IMG/VR virus record: IMGVR_UViG_3300044674_003822
Location: 1-64,000 of that record
Strand: one strand, 5' to 3'
DNA from: an uncultured virus (IMG/VR IMGVR_UViG_3300044674_003822)
Lineage: Duplodnaviria; Heunggongvirae; Uroviricota; Caudoviricetes
DNA: 64,000 nucleotides
The position numbers were made by a program, and so were the translations under genes. Positions 25,632-37,600 of the stretch are shown piece after piece. Within the stretch, counting starts at the first letter, position 1. Each line of letters opens with the position of its first letter. The notes below the pieces were generated by a model that had not been told where the DNA came from, did not search any database, and saw only the letters and a program-made list of their open reading frames with translations.

Positions 25632-28600
25632 TGGCAGATAACACAACTAATTCACTAACAAATAACGAAGTTGTCAAACAAGGCAACAACGAGTACAGAC
25701 GTACGGTTCAACATTTACCTGCTTTTTATAGAACAGACACTAACCAGAGGTTCCTTTCCAGCACCGTAGATCCTTTGATACAGAAAGGTGCACTTGAAAG
25801 ACTAGACGGGTTCATAGGTAGACAAGACGCATACACAAGGCAAGTCACAGACAGATATGTTTCTGCAACCAATCGGGATAGATATGCATACCAACTGGAA
25901 CCGGCAGTAACATACACAAACAGAGACACAACGTCGGTCAACCCAGAGGATCAGGTCAAGTTCACAGGTACGTATGATGATTACATCAACCAGATCAAGT
26001 ACTTTGGAGGAAAAATCAATAATCACGACAGACTAAACAAAGAAAAAATATACAGTTGGAATCCTGCGATTGACTACGACAAACTGATCAATTACAGAGA
26101 GTATTACTGGATACCAGAGGGACCGGGATCCATAGAAATAGATTCTGTAGGACCAAATGCAGTGGCGGAATATTCAGTAGAGAATTTAGCACAAGGTGCC
26201 TACAACTTCTCACACAGGGAGAATGAAAACAATCCTATATTGACACTTTACAGAGGCAACACATACAAATTTAATGTAAACGCAAAAGGACATCCGTTCT
26301 ACATAATGACTGAGCCATACAAGGACGGGTCGACAAATTTATTTTACACGTCAGGTGTGACCAATGCTGGCGCAGACACAGGGACAGTGACTTTTACAGT
26401 GCCTACGGGAGCACCGGATATACTTTACTATCAGTGTGGTAATCATGATGCCATGTATGGTATCTTACAAATAAAAACTATCACGTCGACAACAGAAATC
26501 AATCCTGCCGATGACATAATAGGTGCAAAAAATTACAGTCTGAGAACTTTAGATCTTTCAAATGGTATGAAGATCAAGTTTCCGGCCAGCCTAGTGGGAT
26601 CAGATTATCAGAACAGGGAATACTACGTTGAGGGCGTTGGAGATTCAATAACATTGACAGACGTTGATGACATGATAACTCCGGCCAGTTATTCCACAGA
26701 GACGACAGTATTATATGATGCAGTTGGTTATGACACAAGACCTTATGCAAAGGCTTTCTACACACCAGACGCTAAAGATTACATAACAATTAAGAAGGAT
26801 TCACGTGACCAGAACTCCTGGTCAAGATATAACAGATGGTTCCACAGATCTGTGATTGAAGAGACTGCTAGGGTTTCGGGTTTCACACCTGTACTGGATG
26901 AGGACAGCAGGGCAAAGAGACCCATAATTGAGTTTGATTCAGGACTAGCACTTTATAACCATGGTACGGTAGCCAAAAGATCCGTAACACTTTTTGATAC
27001 AGTAACGACAGATGCTTTCAGCAGTGTGGTCAAACAGACAGGTTATATCATTGATGGATTACCTGTAGAAGACGGAATGAGAGTTGTGTTTTCTGCAGAC
27101 ACTGATTCTACAGTTAAAAATAAAATATATGTCGTGAACTTTGTCACAGCAGGAGATTCCACACAGGTAATATCCTTAACAGAAGCATCAGACGGCACAC
27201 CAGCGGCCGACGAAAGTATTTTTATTGAGTTTGGTTCAGCAAACCAAGGAAACACATATCACTATGATGCAACATCTGAATCATGGAAATTATCTCAACA
27301 GAAGACCGGAGTGAACCAACAGCCGTTGTTCAAAATGTTCGACAACGAACATACTAGTTTCGACGATGCAACAACGTATCCCAACTCATCTTTCACAGGT
27401 GCAACTGTTTTCAAATTTGCAACGTCGGATACAGCACCGACAGACACAGTATTGGGTATAAAAGTGAAATACAACACTGTCAACAACATCGGTGACATAG
27501 TGTTTGAATCAGATCATACATCTGGAACATTCACATACAAATTAGGTACTACAACATTTACAAAGAATCTCGCCGAGGGACATCTACACTATACAACAAG
27601 CAGAACAACGCACAATTCTAGAAGTTCGTGGATACAGAGCACAAACCCTAGCAAACAACGAGTCATAAGGACTTTCACAGTTGGGAAAACAGAAAAAAAA
27701 TTATTCCCTGTGGACTGTTATGACAAATCAGCATTATTGACCGATCTTGAAATTTCAGTTTCTGTGAATGGTGAGAAAAAATCGCTGACAACAGATTACA
27801 CATTAGTAAATGGTACTAAAAACAGATACGTAAAATTTGTCAAAGAACTTATTGTGGATGACCAAATAAGGTTATCTGTGTACAGTGCCGCCGACAAAGT
27901 GAAAGGCAAAGGCATTTATGAGGTTCCAGACAACTTGTCCACAAACAGCATGAATGGCAAGTTAGGCACATTCACTTATGGTCAGGTGTTGAGACATGTA
28001 AGAGATATATTTGAGAAGAACACTAATCTCACAGGATCGGTGCCAGGTAGCACAAATTTAAGAGATAATCCAGACTCACGTTTTCTAGGTGGTACAATAC
28101 ACCAACACGAAGGTCCATTACTGCCGGCAATATACGGGCTGATAGATCGAGATACTAATTTAATTAATGCCATTGAGTACACAGCTCATGAATATGAAAA
28201 ATGGTATGATGCATTTCTGACACATATAACAGGTACTGCTTACGAGGGAGTTGCCGCTGATAGGGTGGATGAAATAATCAGCAGTATTACTACTGGAAGG
28301 AATTCGAGTTTTCCTTTCTACTATGAAGACATGTTGGGGTATGGAGAGAATGTTACAACTAGATCATACACGGTGTTGGGTGCATCACAGACAGAATATG
28401 CAATAGATTCAATTCATGACATAACCAAAATAAGCAATAGGGCAGTGTACGTTTATCTTAATGATGTGCAGTTGTTGGTCGGCTCACAGTACACATTCAG
28501 CACCACAGACGATAGTGTCAACATAACAGCAACACTTACCGAAGGAGATAGGATCGTAATAAAAGATTACGCAGACACAACAGGAAGTTACATGCCAACT

Positions 28601-31600
28601 TCACCGACCAAACTAGGCATGTATCCAAAGTTTACACCAGAAATATTCACGGATGACACATACATCACAAGCACGACAGTGATAAGAAAACATGATGGAT
28701 CCATAATTAAAGCATACGGTGACGAACGTGATTCTTTAATACTGGAATTAGAGAAAAGAATTTACAACAATCTTAAGACATCGTACGATAACACACTTAT
28801 CAACATAAATGACGTATTGCCAAATGTTTTTTCTTCAACGGAGTATACGGTAGATGAAATAAATGACATAATGGCAACAGATTTCTACTCATGGGCGGGA
28901 CGTGGAAATGTACAATACATCAGTAACACAACATTCGTAGAAGGATCACCATTCACTTACAACTATGCACGATCAACATCCAACAAGTCAGGTGACAAGT
29001 TGCCGGGATATTGGAGAGCCATATACAAAGAATATTACGACACAGATGCACCTCACGTGAGACCATGGGAGATGCTAGGACATTCAGAAAAGCCAACAGA
29101 TTGGGACACAACTTATGGAACTGCACCTTACACCTCAGGTAACAGTATTTTATGGAACAAAATTGCCACAGAGTCAGGAAGGTACGGCAAACCAGGCATA
29201 CTAAATTACTTGCCGGTAGACACATCAGGTAACCTGCTCGACCCGTTGGCGATAGGGTTAGTGGACAACCTCGACGTGGCAGGCAGGTCAGCAGGATGGA
29301 AGTTTGGTGATCAATCACCAGCAGAAACTGCCTGGAGGAGATCGTCAGCATATACTTTTTCAGTGATAAGAACATTGGCACTGACAAAACCCGCCAAGTT
29401 TTTCAGCAACTTATTTGATCCATCTAGATTGACAACAAATGTTGCAGGAAATCAGATAGACACAGACACAGGAGTCAGGTCCACACTGGCCACTTCTAAA
29501 TATCACCTAGAGACTGTAACAGACAACAACACAGGAATAACGACGAGGTACCACACAGCGGGTTACCAGCCCTTTATTGTGAACCACTTGGTGTCAAAGA
29601 ACCTTGATCCAAAAACTTTCTACTATGACAGGATGAAAAATCTTAAAGTTCAACTGGCATACAAATTGGGAGGATTCACTGACAAGGATAATATAAAAAT
29701 ATTAACAGATTCAGTATCTCCAGGATCAACATCAGGATCCAAGTTCATACCTGATGAGAACTACAAGATTTTATTCAGGACGTCAAACCCTGTTGACAGT
29801 TTCCAATATTCGGGTGTACTGATTGAGAAGAACACGGATACAACAACAAAAACAGATGGTTCTACTGTAACAAATGTTGGTGGGTATAAAGTTCTAGGTT
29901 ATTCAAAATCAAAACCGTATTTTAACTTCAATTATCCGATAAAGACCACAACTGCTTCAGCAGTGTCAGTGGAAGGTTCGGTGACAGTAGAGAAATTTAA
30001 CATCTACCAAGAAGCCACACAGACTGTGCCTTATGGGCATGTGTTCGACACCATACAGGATGTGGCTGACTTCTTGTTTGGATACGGACACTGGTTGGAA
30101 GACCAAGGGTTCCGCTTTAATAAGTTTTCAAAGGAACTGAAGGAAACATTGAACTGGTCAAACGCAGTTAGAGAATTCTTGTTCTGGACAACACAACAAT
30201 GGACACCAGGATCAGCGGTAACAGTATCACCTGCGGCAGACGGTTTCGAGTTAGACACAACAGACGGTATTGTAGGCAAAATGCGAAATCTTTCGGGAGA
30301 CTATTCTATACTTGACTCCGGTGGAAGAAAAATAGATGTAAGAGAAATATCAACAAAGAGATTAGGTAAAACATTCGAGTTAGGAATCAAATCTGCAGAT
30401 GTTGGACTATACAATATTGCTTTGAACACCGTACAGAAGGAACACATTCTGTTGTTTGACAACAGCACCGTGTTCTCGGATATCATATACGAACCATACA
30501 CAGGATTTAGACAAGAGAGATTAAAACTTGTTGGATGGAAAACAGCCGGATGGAACGGCGACTACTATGCTCCAGGGTTTGTGTTTGATGCCGCACAGGT
30601 CACATACTGGTTGGCCAACACAGATTACAGGATCGGGGATTCAGTAGAGTATCAGGCCAAATTCTATGTGTCCAAGGCAAATCACAATTCGGGACCTAAG
30701 TTTGACATAGAGAATTGGACATTGAAAACAGAAAAACCAGCACCACAACTAATACCAAACTTCGAATACAAGATTTCACAATTCAATGATTTTTACAATC
30801 TAGAAACGAACAACTTTGATGAATCTCAACAAAAGTTAGCACAGAGATTGATCGGGTATCAGTCAAGGGATTACTTAGAAAATCTTTTCGTCAACGACGT
30901 ATCACAGTACAAGTTCTATCACGGATTTATAAAGGAGAAAGGTACCAAAAATGCAATAGACAAGATACTCAAAGCCAAGTATGAGGGCGAGGACATTGAT
31001 CTAGATCTACATCCTGAATGGATGATAAGGACAGGAAATTTTGGTAACACAGATTCAACGGAAAGCATACAGATAACACTCAATCAAAATCAAATTACTT
31101 CAGATCCTCAGAGCATTGAGCTACTAGAAAACACAAAAGACACGCCGGAGTACGCAAGATCAGAAGGTGTTGCTAAAGATAATTTTTTCTACAAGCCAGT
31201 GGAGTACACAACCTCAACAACGTTCAGTAGGTTGGATTACACTAAAGAAGGAGTTAATAGAGATACTGCACAGGTATTCAAGACTGCTGGCTATCCACAG
31301 TTGGGACAGGTACAACACACAGCATTCAATATAACAGACATTTTCAACCTAGATGTAAACAGAGTTGCATCAAGCGAATTGATATGGGTGGCCAATAAAT
31401 CTAATAGAGATTGGGACGTGTTCAGGATCACAGCGGGAGATTTTAAAATTGCAACTGTGCGTTCAGTAAATGGTGCCTCGCAGTTGGAACTTATCTTCAC
31501 AGGTTCACATGGATTGTCACAAGGTACACAGACAACAGAAGCAGATTACTTCGCTATAAGCAACAGCGAGGAAGAAACGCTTAATGGAGTTTATCAGGTC

Positions 31601-34600
31601 GCTTCGATAGTGGACCACAGGACTGTACTCATTGATTACACAGGTAATACATCTTTCATACCGGCATTGGAAGATGGATCGACTGCAGACACTTATGGCA
31701 ATGTCTATAAGTTTATATCTGTGAGAGTAGATTCCATGGACAACTGTAATGACAAAATAAACTATGACAAGTACAGGGATAGAGACAACAGCATAGAACG
31801 TGAGGGCGACAAGGTTTTCGCAGACGCAGACAGTTCGGGACTGTGGCGTGTTTATGAAAAGCAAGATCCATACACACTGAAAAACATTTTATCTCCAGAT
31901 TCAGCAACGACCCAACAAGATTTTGGACACAGGATAGTTGCACGTAATGACGGAAGGACGGTGATCGCATCTGCACCTGGCAAAGCACAAGGGGAAGTAC
32001 ACTTCCTGTTCAGGTCCACAGCAACACCAGGGTCACTGTTCAGACCAAACTCAACGGTTACAACGACGGCCGGAAATGACAATACAAGTAAACTAGGTGA
32101 ATCACTGTCGATGAGCACGGATGAGAACTTTGTTATTGCGGGTGCACCGTATGCCAATTCTCTTGGTTCAGATGGTAGCACAAGATTCGCAGACGCAGGA
32201 GCCATAGAGTTATTTGTGTGGGATCCGTCGACGTTCAAGTACGGAACACTAGTGACAAAGAGACCACCCACAGACCAGGCATCACAGAACTTTGGCTGGG
32301 CACACAAGATCGCTGAGCCAGGTGCAAGTTCAGTCAGAAGCACGCCAACAAAATACATGTTTGTGTCCGCACCTGGACTTAATTCAGACACGGGCAGAGT
32401 GTACATGTATGAGTGGGGTATAGGTGCTGATGGATCAACGTATGATTCATGGACTCAGTGTGCAACAATAGATTCAGCAGAAGGTGGATCAGGGCAGAGA
32501 TTCGGTCACCGGTTGGAAGTCAACGACAACGGGGACATATTGGCTGTAAGTTCGATCGCACCAGGCAACGCAGGCAAGGTTGACATATTTGTTAGATCAT
32601 CACACTCCAATGACGATAGTGTGGCACATTCATTCACTCATGTACAAACACTGACAGGAGTATCAACAGATGGCTCTAGTTTGAACACACAATTTGGTGA
32701 TTCCGTTGCAATGAGCAAAGACGGAACACGATTGATTATAGGAGCACCGGGCGTTGACAAAACAGAGCAAGACGATGCAGGTGCAATATATTATTACAAA
32801 TGGAACGCAGACGGTTCCACAAACACATACACATTACAACAGACCATGGAATCACCTGATTCCCAAGTCAACATGAGATTTGGAACGTCATTAAGCATGA
32901 ACCAAGCAGGCACCAGGTTGATCATAGGCGCACAGAATTTTTCAAACGTCAGAGAGATGAAGTTCGACGCCGGAGAAACAACATTCGATCTACAAGACAC
33001 AACAATATCAGATACCAACACAGAATCAGGCAGTGCCTACACGGCCACGATGTACAACACCAAATTTGTCATAGATGACAGATTGATCACGGATAGTGTG
33101 TCAGCACACGACGGGTTCGGCAAAGGAGTTTGTGTCACAGACAACACAGTGCTGGTAGGAGCGCCACAGGATGATGGCAACATCGCATCGGACGGAAGTA
33201 GCAGGGTGCAGAACGACGGAACACTGTCGTGTTTTGATCTATCTGTTTCAGGGGAATATGCATGGAAAAATATAACTTTTGAGACACCGTTGATCGACAT
33301 AGAGAAGGCCGGACAGGTATTTGATTTCAACAACAAAACTAAACAAATAAGAGATTTCTATGACCTTTATGATCCAGTGCAAGGTCGTATATTGGGGGTA
33401 GCAGATCGTGAAATCAATTACAAGACAGAGTGGGATCCAGCGACCTACAACACAGGCCAAGACGAAAATACAAAAACACCATGGGCGGAGGAACACCTGG
33501 GAGAAGTATGGTGGGATCTATCTCAGGTAAAATGGCTTTGGTATGATCAAGGTACACAAGAATACAAATTTAATCACTGGGGACAGAAATTTCCAGGATC
33601 GACAATAGACATATATGAATGGACAGAGTCACCCGTGCTTCCAAGCGTATGGAACACCAGGTCTGGCACACAACAAGGAGCAGTGGAAGGCATATCAGGA
33701 ATAGCCGCGTATGGTGATGACTCTAGTTATAACATAGTTCAGAGATATAACTCTTCCGTCAACAGATTTGTGAACATCTATTACTTCTGGGTAAGGAACA
33801 GATCAACTGTACCTACAAATAGTGTTGTGACGAGAAAGAACTCCACATCATTCGTGTCAAACCTTATAGACTTTCCGGAAAGATTTTCATACAAGTATTA
33901 CTCTATAACAGACACCAACATGTTGATCATCAACAAGATAGGCGCACTGACAAACAGTGACATTGTTCTCAACATAGACATCCGGACAAACAACTTCGAG
34001 GGCGATTCACACAGCGTATGGAAACTGGCGAAAGAGGGTGATAAGGACTGGAGACCAGGACATCAGATAGAGACACGTTGGTGGGATTCACTCACAGGCA
34101 AGAACGTAGCAGGTGATATTGTTCCTGATCTAGACCTACCGGTCAACAGGAGATATGGAAACAACATAAGACCTAGGCAGGGGTGGTATGTGAACAGGTT
34201 CAATGCATTGAAAGAAATAATAGATTATGCAAATGATGTGTTGAAGAAACATCAACTAGTAGGAACAATCAATCTTAACAACTTAAACTCTGCTGATCCA
34301 GAACCAACAGCACAGAGTTTAGAATGGGACGCATATGTAGACACCTACGCAGAATTGACATACATCGACACTAGAGAGTTCTCTGGAACAGTCAACTATC
34401 TTGTGAAGGCGGACGAAACGGCCAATAATTATTGGGCAATATATACTTGGGACGGTACTGAATGGACTAGGACAAAATTACAAACTTACAACACCTCCGC
34501 TTATTGGGGTTACACAGATTGGTATCAAGTACTGGAACATCATGGTGAGACAGGTATGGTACATGATGCAAATACAAAAATTGACAAACAGGTGACATAT

Positions 34601-37600
34601 CAGTATGAATTGGATACATTGGATCTTGCTGTTGGCAAACATGTAAAAGTGACATCAGCCGACACGGGTGGATGGAAACTGTTCATGAAAACAGCAACAG
34701 GATGGAGCAACGTTGGAACAGAAAACGGCACAATTAGATTAAAAACAACACTGTATGATTATTCCCAGGATGCCACGGGATTTGCAGGACAGGACAGTTT
34801 CGACGACAATTTCTTTGATCAGGATCCGTCAACAGAAACTAGAAAAATTTTAACAGCACTCAGAGATGATCTTTTCATCAATGATTTAGCGATAGAATAC
34901 AACACATTGTTCTTCACCGGACTTAGAAAGGTTCTAGAAGAACAAACATATGTGGACTGGATGTTCAAAACATCTTTTATCAATATTAAGAATTCTGTAA
35001 GGAAACTAGATCAGAGAAAAACTTACACCATAGGCACCGACAGTTGGATAGAGAGTTACATAAATGAAGTTAAACCTTTCCACACAACGATTAGGGAGTA
35101 CAAGTTAGGTTACACAAACACAGACACACATGATGGTATATTCTCTGACTTTGATAATCCAACGTTCTATGACCCAGAGACGAACGCTATAAGATCTTTA
35201 AACGTTGACTCGGACACGGACAAGTTGACCGAATTCCCACACCAGATGTGGTATGACTACCATAAGAAATACGTGCAGTCCATCACAGTGACACACGGAG
35301 GTTCAGGATATCAACAGATACCGATAGTTACGGTGCTCGGCGGAACAACAGGATCCACAGGACCTTTCCAGATACAGGCTACAAGTTCATCAGGCACAAC
35401 AAGTGGACAGTTTGGTTACTACTATCCTTTGTTCACAAACGAGAAACAAGCAGAGATTTATGACACACAGAATGGTGGAACTGGCACAACGAAGACTTAC
35501 ACGTTCGATGGCTATCCGGGTTCTTTCTATGGACCAACGGCATCAACAGCAGAATCAACAAGTGACAAGTCTGGGGCCTTCAAGATGTACATAACACCAA
35601 CAAACACTGCGGCAACAGCCACAGCGACAATACAGAATGGTGCAGTCACAAAGATAACTGTCACGGGAATTGGTGCAAATTACAACAGCACTCCTGTGGT
35701 GATAATATCCGGGGGACGAACGGACGGTTCAACACCAACAGACACTGCCAAGGCATACGCAAATTTGAACAATGACTTGGTCAGAGATCTAGATACAACA
35801 ATAAAATTTGACAGGGTGTCTAGCACGTCCAGGGTACAGGACTGGACGGCGTCTACGGCGTACGCTTACAATGATCTAATTAGACACAAAAATCAATTGT
35901 ACAAAGTGACAAAAGCGTTTACGGCAACAACCGATTTTGATGACAATGTAGCAGATCTTTACAAGGTTTATGGAGATGAGACAGGTTTAACAGCCGCTGA
36001 CAGGACAAAAGGTTTCTACACGCCAGGCACAGGAATGCCGGGCAACGAACTTGACCAGGTCATGACAGGTATCGACTACGGCGGAACAATGGTGACAGGA
36101 TTGCTGTTCAACCAGAGCCAAGGGTGGGACAGATCGGGTTGGTATGATTTTCCATGGGACAACTATGGAGGTTCTAGAGTCAAGGCATTCAAGGGAGATG
36201 GTTCATCTAACACCTTCACATTTGATACCGCACCTGCAACAACAGAAGTTTATCAAGTCTATATAACAGAAGATGACAGCACAAGGAGAAAACTCACAGA
36301 TGTTGTGAGGGGTGATGGGTCAAGCGTGGTCATGCCTGTTGGCGGATTGAGTATAACACCGAACGCAAACGCATTGGTAGAATTCATACCGTTCGATGAC
36401 GACGGTGTGTTGACACCGACAGATGACAGGACATTGGATTCCATAGTCAAAGGTGGACTTTTTGGATCAGCATTAGGACATGCACCTAGTGATATAATGT
36501 TAGAAGGCGACGACTTTGTATCACCAGATACTAGTTACGCACCTGAAGAGACTGTGCCAGGTCAGTTGTTTGACACATTAGACATAAAAGTTTACACATC
36601 ACCAGAGTCAGGAGTTCCATTTATCAGCGAGAAAAATTACACAGGAAATGGAAGCACAACAACTTTCGCCATAGGAGACTTTCCAGGAACATTGGGATCA
36701 GTGACAGTGAGTGTTGGTGGCGTTGTGAAAAAACTAACAACAGATTACACAATCAATGTTGCAAACAAAACAATAACATTTGGATCGGCACCTGCTAACG
36801 GCAGTGTAATAGCAACTAGGGTTTTTGCTATATCAGGGGATAATTACAGGGTGCTTGACACATTCGTTGGAGATAATTCAACAGTATCGTTTACGACTTC
36901 GTCAAGAAGTGAGTTCAATCTAGATTCAACTGTATCAGACATATACGTGACACAGGATGGAGTACCAAGGACAGATTTTACACGAACCATTACAGCGAAT
37001 ACGGTTACAATAACTTTCAATTCACCGGTACCACCGACAGGTGCCTTTATACAGGTTGCAGGATTCAACAAGTCAGCAAGTTCTCCAACAAGGAGTTTTG
37101 CAAGTATAAGGAATCAAGAACTAACATATGCAAGTGGAACGAACAGATACACATTGACATATCCACCAGGTTCTATAGGTCCATTCTCAGGTTTGACAAC
37201 AGTGGAAGTAAACGGTAGGGTGCTACGAGGACCAGACAACACGTATTATGTTGGTGACGGAAGCACATACACTTATGGAGTAGTGTCAGGTCTAGAGGAT
37301 GATTCCACAGTTGACCCAGCAAAAACAATTTCATCTGCTTCGCAGGTAGAAGTTTATGTGAACGGAACTAAGAAAGATTTAAACACCGACTACACAGTTG
37401 ATATAGGAAATCAAAATATAGAGTTTGTTACATCAGCAGTACCAACATCAACAGATGTAATCTGTATTTCAACTTTAGTTGATCATCAGTACTTTAATCA
37501 AGGCACAGATATCATATTGGTACCTAGTGCTATAACTTCACCGTATTCACTTTCAAACAGCGACAAGATTTCAGTAACAACATTTAATAATGCTTTGGGA

